Origin: Candidatus Multivoradales bacterium
GTDB taxonomy: Bacteria; Acidobacteriota; Thermoanaerobaculia; Multivoradales; JAHEKO01
NCBI GenBank assembly: GCA_965248055.1
Contig: CBDFIJ010000004.1
Location: 1,344,001-1,408,000, forward strand
Direction: 5' to 3'
DNA: 64,000 bases
In this document: piece after piece, positions 21,153 through 30,134 of the stretch
Layout of the letters: each line of letters begins with the position of its first letter
How positions within the stretch are numbered: position 1 is the stretch's first letter
Program-made: the position numbers and the translations under genes
The notes under the pieces: model-generated
The model's database searches: none
What the model was told of the DNA's origin: nothing
What the model saw: only the letters and a program-made list of their open reading frames with translations

Positions 21153-21539
21153 ATGGGTCGCACTACCCGTCGTCACGAATACCGAGCTCTGCTTGGTCGG
21201 CTGAAGGAGGCTCGCTCCAAGGCACGAATGACCCAGCAGGAGGTCGCCGAGACCTTGGAAACCACGCAAGTCTTTGTTTCTCGAGTCGAGCGTGGAGAAC
21301 GGCGCCTCGACCCGATTGAGTTGGCCGAGTTCGCCGCTGTCTACGGCACAACTGTCAGCGCGCTGTTACCCGACGTCACCCTCGGATCCGAACGACGACA
21401 ACGGGTGGAAGCGGTGGTCGACATGAGCCAGGAAGAGTACGAACGATTGCTGGCCAAAGCCAAGTCCGAGGGCCAGAGCCCCGAATCCTTGATCACCGAG
21501 ATGGTATTGGACTACGCCCATCAGGCGGGCGACTCCTAG
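21153..21539 (+). CDS. XRE-family HTH regulator, copy 2 (tandem paralog)
   Basis: Co-linear and highly similar to 20634-21023. Confidence 0.85.
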   Translation: MGRTTRRHEYRALLGRLKEARSKARMTQQEVAETLETTQVFVSRVERGERRLDPIELAEFAAVYGTTVSALLPDVTLGSERRQRVEAVVDMSQEEYERLLAKAKSEGQSPESLITEMVLDYAHQAGDS

Positions 21540-21710
21540 TTAGCTATCACTCAGCCTAAGATCCACAGACTCATTTTCCATATCGCGCTCTCTTACACAG
21601 GGACGCTCCGAAGAATTACCCAGGAGAAATTCACTCCAGAACAGATCCAATCTGATACATAGTGAAACAAAGTATCTTGCGCCACGTACACCATAGGAGC
21701 AAGGTCACCG

Positions 21711-22055
21711 ATGAATCAACACCGAGAACTCAAACGCGGCACCCTAGAAATGGTGCTGCTGCGCATCCTGGCCGACGGCCCCACCTATGGCTACCAGTTG
21801 GTCAGTCAGTTGGCAGAGCGATCAGACGGCCTGTTTGGGCTCAAGGAAGGGACTCTGTACCCGGTGCTCTACCGCCTGGATGACACCGGGATGATTGAGC
21901 CCGAGTGGAGAAATCCCGAGCGCGGCGTACCGCGCAAGTACTACCGCCTAACCCCGGCGGGCCGAGAGCGGCTCGCCGACTTGGAAACCCGCTGGCGTCA
22001 GTTCGCCGGCGCCGTCGACAGCATTCTGACTTCTGGCTCGGAGGAAACATCATGA
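21711..22055 (+). CDS. PadR-family regulator
   Basis: YGYQL, EGTLYPVLYRL and RKYYRLT. Confidence 0.93.
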   Translation: MNQHRELKRGTLEMVLLRILADGPTYGYQLVSQLAERSDGLFGLKEGTLYPVLYRLDDTGMIEPEWRNPERGVPRKYYRLTPAGRERLADLETRWRQFAGAVDSILTSGSEETS

Positions 22056-22684
22056 GTATGGAACAACGCTACATCGAATCGGTCCACGCCAACGTCCTAG
22101 CCTCGGAGGAGGACTGGAAGACTCTGAAAGAAGATTTGCGCCAGCACTTCGTAGCCGGCACCGACGATGGCAAGACCTTCGCCCAAACCATTCAACGACT
22201 CGGTAAGCCAGAGGAGGTCGCGGCTTCCTTCATGGCCGAGCGCAAACTCAACTACGCCGGACTGTGGATCCGAGGTTTGGCATTCGTCATCGATCTATGT
22301 GCGCTGGTCGCCACCACCGCGGTAGTAGCGATTCCAGTCTTGGCCATCGTTCTACCCTGGATGGAGGAGATCGAATCCGGGCGTATTCACTCTGTCGTCG
22401 CTCCCGTGATCGGCTTACCGGTGGGTTTGGCACTGGTCGGTCTGTGGCTCGCGTACTTCCCGGTCGCCGAAGCTCGTTTTGGCAAGACCCTGGGCAAGCA
22501 TCTACTGAGGCTACGAGTTGTGCAGGAGAGCGGAATCGCGGTCACCCTGGGCAAAGCCTTTATTCGCCGCCTGCCGTTTTACCTGAAAATCGCAGTTATT
22601 GACGCACTGTTTACCCCGTTTACCGAGAAGAAACAGCGAGCCTTCGACATCGTGGCGCGAACGGTGGTGGTCCATGAACCGTAG
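22052..22684 (+). CDS. RDD-family membrane protein with an N-terminal PadR-associated domain
   Basis: YAGLWIRGLAFVID, GKTLGK and QRAFDIVARTVVV. Confidence 0.85.
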   Translation: MSMEQRYIESVHANVLASEEDWKTLKEDLRQHFVAGTDDGKTFAQTIQRLGKPEEVAASFMAERKLNYAGLWIRGLAFVIDLCALVATTAVVAIPVLAIVLPWMEEIESGRIHSVVAPVIGLPVGLALVGLWLAYFPVAEARFGKTLGKHLLRLRVVQESGIAVTLGKAFIRRLPFYLKIAVIDALFTPFTEKKQRAFDIVARTVVVHEP

Positions 22685-22774
22685 GAATCCACACGTTAAC
22701 AATGTTCAAAGACGGCAGGGGACAATCCCCTCCCTTGCTTCACCGGAGCTGGCCACTCACCGTTTTCGCCGGGA

Positions 22775-23337
22775 TCTCGGATCTTCCTCTCAAAAGCCCT
22801 TGTTCTCCGACTCAGTCCGCCTCGGCCGGCTCAAGCCGGACAGCGATCACTCTAACTCCAAGCGTGCGTGGTTTCTTGCTCGACGTTTGCCATCCCTTCT
22901 TGCTCTTGATCATCACAAGGGCAGCCTCTCCCGGCGCCAGCGGTTCCAAGGATACAAATTGCCCTCCAGGTCGCTCAAACGCTAGGCCCCTACGAACACC
23001 GCGCTGATCCACGCTCACCTCAACTGGGAATTCGGCATCTTTTCGATTGATGGCGAGATGCAATCTTGGCCGCACCAACCTGTGCAAATGTATCCGCCCC
23101 GAGTAGATAGACAAACTCATCGGCAATGCCCGGACGGGGGATTCCGGTAACCATCGCGACCCCTATCGCCCCGAGAACGGTGGCGAAAGCGAGTACAACC
23201 ATGGCTACGGGAGGTCGACTCTCCAACTTTGCCAGAATCCCTCTGAAAGCTTTGTACAATACGTCGCGACGGCTCGACGCCTTCTCTTTCCGCACTGCTG
23301 CGTATCCTAGGTGGTCACTACTCTGTCGCCAAGCCAA
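22775..23337 (-). pseudogene. Fragmented membrane protein remnant (possibly glycosyltransferase-like)
   Basis: PRPGIADEFVYLLGADTFA N-terminal segment followed by broken frames; boundaries approximate. Confidence 0.35.
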
Positions 23338-23351
23338 GCGCCTAGATAACT

Positions 23352-23684
23352 CTATCCCAACAACTTGTTGGGGACTTCCAGCTCCATGGTCAACAAACCT
23401 TGTCCGTGGGTCTTGCCCTGGGCGTCGGTCTTGAGGCTCTCGGTGCCGCCGCCGCCGAGGGAGTCGTGAAGAATGAAGTTAAGCGCTTTGAGATTGGGGA
23501 TCTCGTAGCGGTCGACCTCGCCGAAACAGACCTGGCTAAAGTGCTCTTTGACCCGCTCTGCTGTCAGTTCAGCGCGCAGAAATTCATAGATCGCTTGGTT
23601 CTTGGCGATGATGCCAACGTTGGAGCCGTCGCCTTTATCACCGGAGCGGGCGTTGGCGATTTCGTAGAGACGGGTGGTGGCCAT
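23352..23684 (-). CDS. AtuA-related small protein
   Basis: ARSGDKGD...LGGGG...DAQGKT. Confidence 0.88.
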   Translation of the reverse strand: MATTRLYEIANARSGDKGDGSNVGIIAKNQAIYEFLRAELTAERVKEHFSQVCFGEVDRYEIPNLKALNFILHDSLGGGGTESLKTDAQGKTHGQGLLTMELEVPNKLLG

Positions 23685-25054
23685 TAGACACTCTCTACAG
23701 TCACTTGGACATCCTTCTCCACTTCGTCCCGCGCCAACAGTGCTGGCCAGTAAGCCATCACCCGCTGCGGCTTGGGGCGACCGCCAGCAAAGCCGGTTAC
23801 CCCTGGTGGCCCAGAGGTCACCAGCGGGGCGATCTCCTTGCCGAAGCGCTCGACCTTGGCAAAGTCGGTATCCCGAACCCCCAGACGCAATACCACCTCG
23901 GGCGGATCTTCGGGGGCAGCCAAGATGCCGGGCAGACAGGAATCGACGCCCAGATATTCCTCCGAGCGATTCTCAGGCGCAAAATCGACTCCGGCACGTT
24001 CCAGTCGCTTCCACACCACTTCGGCAGACAGCTTGGCCTTTTCGATCGCCTGCGGACCGACGATGGTCACTTGACCAGAGGCTTTGAAACCCGCCAGATA
24101 GGTCGCAGAGAGCTTGAGTGAGTCGGTGCGCGGTAGGCCTTGAATCCCCGACACCCGAACCCGGTTCTCACCCTCCTGTGTCAGGTGCGCCGAGGTGAAG
24201 TCCGCGATCACGTCCGGGGTGATGTAGCCGTCGGGATCACCCATCTCGTAGAGCAACTGCTCAGAAACGGTATCCACGGTCACCATGCCGCCGGTTCCGG
24301 GATGCTTAGTGACAACAAATTCGCCACTTTCTTCCGCCTCGATCACCGGATAGCCGACGTTCCAAAGATCCGGCACTTCCCACCAACGACTGAAGTTGCC
24401 GCCGGTACACTGCGGACCGCACTCGATAATGTGACCGGCGATGGTGCCTGCTGCCAAGCGATTCCAATCGTCGGTAGCCCAACCGAACTCGTGCATCAGT
24501 GGAGCCAGGGCGAGCGCGGTATCGGTGACCCGGCCACAGAGCACAATGTCAGCACCTTGAGCGAGCGCGTCGACCACACCCCGTGCCCCCAAATAGGCAT
24601 TGGCACTGGAAAAGCTGTCCAGCAACGGCTCCATCGGCTCACCCGTCTCCATATTTTTCATCGCGTGGCCGCGGCCAATCAACTCGGCCAACTGATCGAG
24701 AACGTCGTCGCCCTCGACCACTCCAACCTTGAGATCGGTAATGCCCAGGTCACGCGCGACCTGAAACACCCCTTCGCGGCAACCCACCGGATTCAAGCCC
24801 CCGGCATTGGTGATGATCTTCACCCCGCGCTGACGAATCTCGGGCAGAGTACGACGGATGAAGTCGACAAAGTCGCGGGCGAATCCCGCTGACGGATCGC
24901 GCAGCTTCTGACGCATCATGATCGAGAGCGTCACTTCCGCTAAGTAATCCAGCCCCATGTAGTCAATCGGGCCGCCACGCAATAGGTCCACCGGAGCGTC
25001 AATAGAATCGCCCCAAAATCCCTGTCCATTGGCTATGCGTACGGTCTTACTCAC
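23684..25054 (-). CDS. Acyclic terpene utilization AtuA-family protein (DUF1446)
   Basis: GFWGD, DYLAE, TNAGGLNP, ANAYLG and QLLYE. Confidence 0.9.
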   Translation of the reverse strand: MSKTVRIANGQGFWGDSIDAPVDLLRGGPIDYMGLDYLAEVTLSIMMRQKLRDPSAGFARDFVDFIRRTLPEIRQRGVKIITNAGGLNPVGCREGVFQVARDLGITDLKVGVVEGDDVLDQLAELIGRGHAMKNMETGEPMEPLLDSFSSANAYLGARGVVDALAQGADIVLCGRVTDTALALAPLMHEFGWATDDWNRLAAGTIAGHIIECGPQCTGGNFSRWWEVPDLWNVGYPVIEAEESGEFVVTKHPGTGGMVTVDTVSEQLLYEMGDPDGYITPDVIADFTSAHLTQEGENRVRVSGIQGLPRTDSLKLSATYLAGFKASGQVTIVGPQAIEKAKLSAEVVWKRLERAGVDFAPENRSEEYLGVDSCLPGILAAPEDPPEVVLRLGVRDTDFAKVERFGKEIAPLVTSGPPGVTGFAGGRPKPQRVMAYWPALLARDEVEKDVQVTVESV

Positions 25055-25140
25055 AGGTCTAAGGGTAGCACCTGTTTGACGGCGTTTAAGTCGCATCTTC
25101 AGAGGGAGCCGGTATGACTTACTGGTTCAGAATCCGGACA

Positions 25141-25184
25141 ATTTAGTTCACTATTTGAACTAAATAGGTCTATTTTCGTATAAT
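25141..25184 (+). promoter_or_regulatory. Sigma70-like promoter overlapped by a palindromic operator-like site
   Basis: TTGAAC (25155)-18 bp-TATAAT (25179); inverted repeat ATTTAGTTCA-ctatt-TGAACTAAAT at 25141-25165. Confidence 0.6.
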
Positions 25185-25218
25185 CCATGCACCCACCGGT
25201 TGCTTTATGCCACCGGCC

Positions 25219-25261
25219 CAAGAGCCGCACGGGTTAGACCCGTCGCGGCTTTTGCTTTTTT
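25219..25261 (+). terminator. Intrinsic terminator-like hairpin in the NYN leader
   Basis: AAGAGCCGC-ACGGG-ttaga-CCCGT-c-GCGGCTTTT followed by a T-run. Confidence 0.6.
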
Positions 25262-25272
25262 GAAGGAGCGGC

Positions 25273-25882
25273 ATGCGTACTATGGTTTACGTAGATGGAT
25301 TTAACCTCTACTATCGGGCGCTTCGTGGAACCGGGTTCAAATGGCTTGATATCGACAAGCTTTGTCGATCAGTACTGGATCCAGCAAACAAGATCGAAGA
25401 GATCAAGTACTACACAGCTAACATTTCTGGCAAGTTCGACAAAGACGCGCCGACAAGACAGCAGATCTACCTGAGAGCCTTGAGATCAATCCCCAATCTC
25501 ACTATTTACAGGGGCAGATTCCTAACCACAACCTCCAAGGGCCCCTGTGTTTCGCAGCCCTCCAAAATAGGGCACATTTATCGATCTGAAGAAAAGGGCT
25601 CCGACGTTAATCTAGCAGTGCACCTCGTCGCGGACGGGTTCCGTGACGCATACGATGCGGCGGTCGTATTGAGCAATGATACTGACCTCGTTGAACCGAT
25701 TCGACTCGTCAACGAAGAACTGCGCAAACCAGTCGGTGTCATTTGCCCAGCGTCCAAGTGCGCAGGACAACTTGCGCGGACCCGCAGCCTTCGTCCTCCA
25801 CATCTCCAAGCCGAGGCTGCGCCAAGCTCAATTTCCAAAACGAATCAAAGGAACCAATCTAGTTAAGCCGCACCGTTGGTAA
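25273..25882 (+). pseudogene. NYN-domain (PIN-like) nuclease, frameshifted near 25782
   Basis: VYVDGFNLYY, EEKGSDVNLA and SNDTDL; the natural C-terminus (AQFP...KPHRW) is in another frame. Confidence 0.8.
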
Positions 25883-25918
25883 CTTGATACCCTTCGCCAG
25901 TAGGAAATACAAATTAGT

Positions 25919-27583
25919 CTAGGTCTGCAAAACACCGGTTCTAAACTCACCCAGATGGGCGTTGTGCGCCACCGCCGAGAGCGACTTGGAGATCACTTGG
26001 CGGGTCGAAGCCGGATCGATAATCGCGTCGACCCACAACCGCGCCGCGCCGTAGCGCGGGTCCGCGGCATCTTCGTAGCGTTTACGGATGCGATCCATTA
26101 GATCGTTCTTTTCTTCTTCGCTGACGTCCGCGCCACGGTTCTTGAGTTGGATCGACAATAGGGTCTTGGACGCCTGGTCTCCACCCATCACCGCGATCGA
26201 GGCCGACGGCCAAGCGTAGAGAAACCGCGCGCCATAGGCTTTGCCACACATGGCGTAGTTACCAGCTCCGAAGGAGTTGCCAGTGAAAATCGTAATCTTG
26301 GGCACCACGCTATTGGCCACCGCGTTGACCATCTTGGCGCCGTCTTTGATGATGCCGCCATGCTCGGCGCGGCTGCCGACCATGAATCCGGTCACGTCTT
26401 GCAGAAACAGCAGCGGTATTTTCTTTTGATTGCACAGTTGGACGAAGCGAGCGCCTTTGTCGGCTGCCTCGGAGTAAACCACGCCCCCGATCTGTAGCTC
26501 TTTCTCGCTCGCCTGGGTGCCGGTGCGACGTTCGACGATCGAACGCTGGTTGGCTACGATACCGATCGCCCAGCCATCGATCCATCCGGTTCCGCACACC
26601 AGTGTCCGACCATAGGTCTCTTTGTACTCATCGAACTCCGAACCGTCCAGCAGACGTGCCAGGATCTCCTTGGTCTCGTAGGGTCGAGATCGATCGATTG
26701 GCATCACTCCGATCAGCTCGTCCGGGGACAATAACGGTTCGCTTGGCGCACGACGAGCGAACGGCGCGCGCTCGCTGGCACCCAGCTGGGTGAATTGGCT
26801 GCGAATCTTGGCCAAGCAAGTGGCGTCATCGGGATGACGATGATCGACCACGCCCGAGACATCGCATTGCACTAACGCTCCGCCCAGTTCTTCATTCTCG
26901 ACCTGCTCGCCGATCGCCGCTTTGACCAAGTGCGAGCCGGCTAAGAAAATCGACCCGGTGCCTTCGACGATATGCGATTCATCGCTCATGATCGGCAGGT
27001 AAGCACCACCCGCTACGCAGGGCCCCATGATCGCCGCAGATTGAAAGATCCCTTCGGCTGACAGCCGAGCATTGTTATAGAACGCGCGACCGAAGTGTTC
27101 TTTGTCGGGAAAGATCTCGTCCTGCATCGGCAGGAAAACTCCTGCCGAATCAACCAAGTAGACGATCGGCAAACGATTTTCCAGTGCCATCTCCTGTGCC
27201 CGCAAAACTTTCTTGCAGGTCATCGGGAACCAGGCACCAGCCTTGACGGTGGCGTCGTTGGCGACGATCACCGCATCGCGACCCTCGATGGTGCCAATGC
27301 CAATCACCACCCCGGCAGACGGCGCTCCCCCATACTCAGAGTAGAAACCTTCGGCGGCCCAGATGCCGAACTCCAAGAACGAGCTTCCCGGGTCACACAG
27401 CTGCTCGACGCGCTCCCGCGCCGTCAACTTACCCTTGGACCGATGCTTGGCCATCCGCGCTGCCCCACCACCGAGGCGCAGTTCGGCCTCCCGCTCTTCT
27501 AGTTCATCCAGCGCTTGGCGCCAATGCGCAAGCCGTTGGGCGTATCGCTGATCCTTCTGGATGTTGCTCTCTAGAACCTTCAC
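25919..27583 (-). CDS. Acyl-CoA carboxylase carboxyltransferase subunit (MCC-beta-like)
   Basis: GKLTARER, NDATVKAG, VDSAG and GAGNYAMCG. Confidence 0.93.
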   Translation of the reverse strand: MKVLESNIQKDQRYAQRLAHWRQALDELEEREAELRLGGGAARMAKHRSKGKLTARERVEQLCDPGSSFLEFGIWAAEGFYSEYGGAPSAGVVIGIGTIEGRDAVIVANDATVKAGAWFPMTCKKVLRAQEMALENRLPIVYLVDSAGVFLPMQDEIFPDKEHFGRAFYNNARLSAEGIFQSAAIMGPCVAGGAYLPIMSDESHIVEGTGSIFLAGSHLVKAAIGEQVENEELGGALVQCDVSGVVDHRHPDDATCLAKIRSQFTQLGASERAPFARRAPSEPLLSPDELIGVMPIDRSRPYETKEILARLLDGSEFDEYKETYGRTLVCGTGWIDGWAIGIVANQRSIVERRTGTQASEKELQIGGVVYSEAADKGARFVQLCNQKKIPLLFLQDVTGFMVGSRAEHGGIIKDGAKMVNAVANSVVPKITIFTGNSFGAGNYAMCGKAYGARFLYAWPSASIAVMGGDQASKTLLSIQLKNRGADVSEEEKNDLMDRIRKRYEDAADPRYGAARLWVDAIIDPASTRQVISKSLSAVAHNAHLGEFRTGVLQT

Positions 27584-27593
27584 AAGGTCTCCG

Positions 27594-27769
27594 TGTATTC
27601 AAACGGCACTGTATTCAAATGGCACTGTATTCAAATGGCACTGTATTCAAACGGCACTGTATTCAAACGGCACTGTATTCAAACGGCACTGTATTCAAAC
27701 GGCACTGTATTCAAACGGCACCGTATTCAGGTGGCACCGTATTCAGATAGCACAGCATCCAGGTAGCGC
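27594..27769. repeat. 16-bp tandem repeat TGTATTCAAAYGGCAC, 8 near-perfect plus 3 degenerate units
   Basis: Read directly from the sequence. Confidence 0.95.
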
Positions 27770-27885
27770 AAGCCAAGCGGCTAGGTGTCAACAACCGCTC
27801 CGCAATCCAGGGCGTCCCCCTCGGCTGCGGCCAACTGATTATACGGCTCCATCAAAGCTGCTGACGGTTCCCATAGAATGCCGCC

Positions 27886-28131
27886 ATGATGGTTACCGTG
27901 CTTCTCTTCGCTGGACTTCGCGACTCGGTCGGAAGTGACCGACTGGAATTGGAATTGGCTGACGACCTCCTCGTTAACGATCTGTGGTCTGAGATCGAAA
28001 ATCTGCACCCCGCTACCTCCGGCTACCGCGGGCGAGTCGCTTTCGCCATCGGCGACCGCATCGTCTCCGCAGAGTCGCCGTTGGGCTCGGCGGGTGAAGT
28101 CGCTGTCCTACCACCCATTTCCGGGGGTTGA
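27886..28131 (+). CDS. moaD: Molybdopterin synthase sulfur carrier
   Basis: LFAGLRD...LPPISGG C-terminus. Confidence 0.92.
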   Translation: MMVTVLLFAGLRDSVGSDRLELELADDLLVNDLWSEIENLHPATSGYRGRVAFAIGDRIVSAESPLGSAGEVAVLPPISGG

Positions 28132-28134
28132 GTC

Positions 28135-28569
28135 GTGGCGCGCGTGCTGCTGACCGACCGTTCACTGAACCCTTCTGGAGTGGTTGCCGAAGTCTGTTGT
28201 AAAGCCAACGGTGCGCTGGTTTGCTTCGTCGGTACGGTGCGCGATTCACGCGGCGACGCCAAGGTTACCCATCTGGTCTACCAGGCCTACCAACCGTTGG
28301 CGCGGCCGACGATACAGAAAATCGTCGATGAGCTTCAAGAGCAGCACACCGGCTTGACGCTGGCTATCCACCATCGACTCGGTTGGGTTGGTATCGGCGA
28401 GGAAGCGATAGTGATCGCCGCCTCTTCGCCCCACCGCAAAGCGTCGTTTGATGCGGTTTCGACCGCTCTCGAGAGAGTCAAGCGCGAAGTGCCGATTTGG
28501 AAGTGCGAGCACTTCGCCGACGGTTCCAGTCAATGGCGGGAAGAAGAACCGCTTACTGACTGCGACTAG
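28135..28569 (+). CDS. moaE: Molybdopterin synthase catalytic subunit
   Basis: FVGTVR, HRLG, SPHR and VPIWK. Confidence 0.92.
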   Translation: MARVLLTDRSLNPSGVVAEVCCKANGALVCFVGTVRDSRGDAKVTHLVYQAYQPLARPTIQKIVDELQEQHTGLTLAIHHRLGWVGIGEEAIVIAASSPHRKASFDAVSTALERVKREVPIWKCEHFADGSSQWREEEPLTDCD

Positions 28570-28663
28570 TCAGTGCAACGGGCCAGTGCCACTATTCAGT
28601 GCGACTGGCCAGTTCGACTAGTTAGTGCGACCGTTGGTTCGATTAGCCAGTGCGGCTGGCCAG
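28561..28663. repeat. Degenerate 13-bp tandem repeat (TGCGACTRGYCAG-like), about 8 units
   Basis: Units at 28561, 28574, 28587, 28600, 28613, 28626, 28638 and 28651. Confidence 0.75.
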
Positions 28664-30091
28664 GGCTGCGACCAATTGCTCATCGGTCACAGCCAATCGG
28701 AGCTGCCAAGCAGCCCAGAAACGGTCCGGGGTGGCGAGATAGGCGACTTCCACATCAGCCGTTGGGTCCAGCGGTTTCCCTTCCGCACGCTCCTGCAAGA
28801 AATCCTTGGACGCTGCTGCATAGCGCGAATCGGTGAGCAACAGATCTACCCACGCCGCCGCCAATTGATAGCGTGCAGCTAAGTTGCCGTTGTAGAACTG
28901 GTTGTCCATCGACAGCACTTCGACCTGCGACATATCGGGGGGCGGATTGGGATGAGCGGAATCGAACTTATGTTCCAAGACTGCGGCGATCCCCTCAGAC
29001 AACCACGGCGGCAACAAAGGCCCGAACGCCCGACGCGCAGTCAAGTGAGCCGCCTCATGAACCAACATCTCACAGACTCTGGCCCCCGGCTCTTGGCCAA
29101 AGAAGGTCGCGGCAAAGCCTTGAAACGGTAACGCAACACCGGCCGGATCACGAGCTGGCAACCGGTCGTCGCCAAGAAATGAGCGATAGGAATCATGAGT
29201 GGAAAAAGCCAGCAGCGTTTCGCGAGGCTGCCAGCGCGGCTTGACTCCGGTGAGAGTGGCAAAATCATGATCCAGATCGGCCAAACGCCCCGAGCACAAG
29301 GCCGCCAACGAGCGGATCCGCGGCGAATCGCCGATCAATCGATAAGGGCCAGCAGCCGCGGCGACTTCAGGCGCTTGAAACGCCGAGCGGGCACGAATCA
29401 TCCTCTCTGCAGAAATTTCTACAGCTTCCAATCCCCGCACCGGCTCGGGTGCAGATCCCAGCGGCGGTTTCCCACCGGTGAACTGGGGCGCTCGCAACCA
29501 CAGCTTGAGATCGCCGTAGATCACCCGCACCCAGTCTTGATCTGCGGTCTGATCGACGGCAAGATTGCCTGCCGTGCTGGTCCTGGCGAACTCCAGACCG
29601 CCGGGCTCCATGAACAGAGGTTGGTCAACGACCACGAAGACTCGTCGCCGTTGGGACGGGTCCGGGTCGTTCAGTGCTGGAGCACCCGCAGCGAGCAGCA
29701 CCCATCCACTGTACCGCCCAACAGCTTGCACCCAATCTCCCCGCCTCTCAACCACCTCCAAGCGGGTTGCAACCGGCAACACTTCAACCACCTCACCCGC
29801 GGGCAACCGGTGAAGCCCAGTTCCGGCATCCAGCCACACGGACACTCCAATCATCTTGATCACATCTTCGGATTCTGCGCTCGCTCCAGAACCATCATCG
29901 AAGCGCAGCTCGATTGATTCCCGATCAAGCCCGGCGACCCACTCGCCGATCAGAGGCCAGTCGCGAGCCGCCAGCGCCCAAGGATGTCGAGGAGTCGTAG
30001 TGACCAACATCAGCAACGCCAAGATCACCACCGGCAGCAACACCAGAATTGTCGTGACTAGGTCGCGAACCCAGAGTTTCCAGTGTCGCAT
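28643..30091 (-). CDS. Membrane-anchored protein with SH3-like segments and an HExxH metallopeptidase-like domain
   Basis: N-terminal TM; HEAAHL...PPWLSEGIA. Confidence 0.7.
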   Translation of the reverse strand: MRHWKLWVRDLVTTILVLLPVVILALLMLVTTTPRHPWALAARDWPLIGEWVAGLDRESIELRFDDGSGASAESEDVIKMIGVSVWLDAGTGLHRLPAGEVVEVLPVATRLEVVERRGDWVQAVGRYSGWVLLAAGAPALNDPDPSQRRRVFVVVDQPLFMEPGGLEFARTSTAGNLAVDQTADQDWVRVIYGDLKLWLRAPQFTGGKPPLGSAPEPVRGLEAVEISAERMIRARSAFQAPEVAAAAGPYRLIGDSPRIRSLAALCSGRLADLDHDFATLTGVKPRWQPRETLLAFSTHDSYRSFLGDDRLPARDPAGVALPFQGFAATFFGQEPGARVCEMLVHEAAHLTARRAFGPLLPPWLSEGIAAVLEHKFDSAHPNPPPDMSQVEVLSMDNQFYNGNLAARYQLAAAWVDLLLTDSRYAAASKDFLQERAEGKPLDPTADVEVAYLATPDRFWAAWQLRLAVTDEQLVAALASRTG

Positions 30092-30134
30092 CAGATTATT
30101 TCCTGTGCGTCGCCGTTCATCTCAGAGGCCGGCG

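Noticed and set aside
27594-27769. 16-bp repeat tract as CRISPR, or as the 27561-27938 ORF
   Set aside because: The units are contiguous with no spacers, and the ORF is just a translation of the repeat
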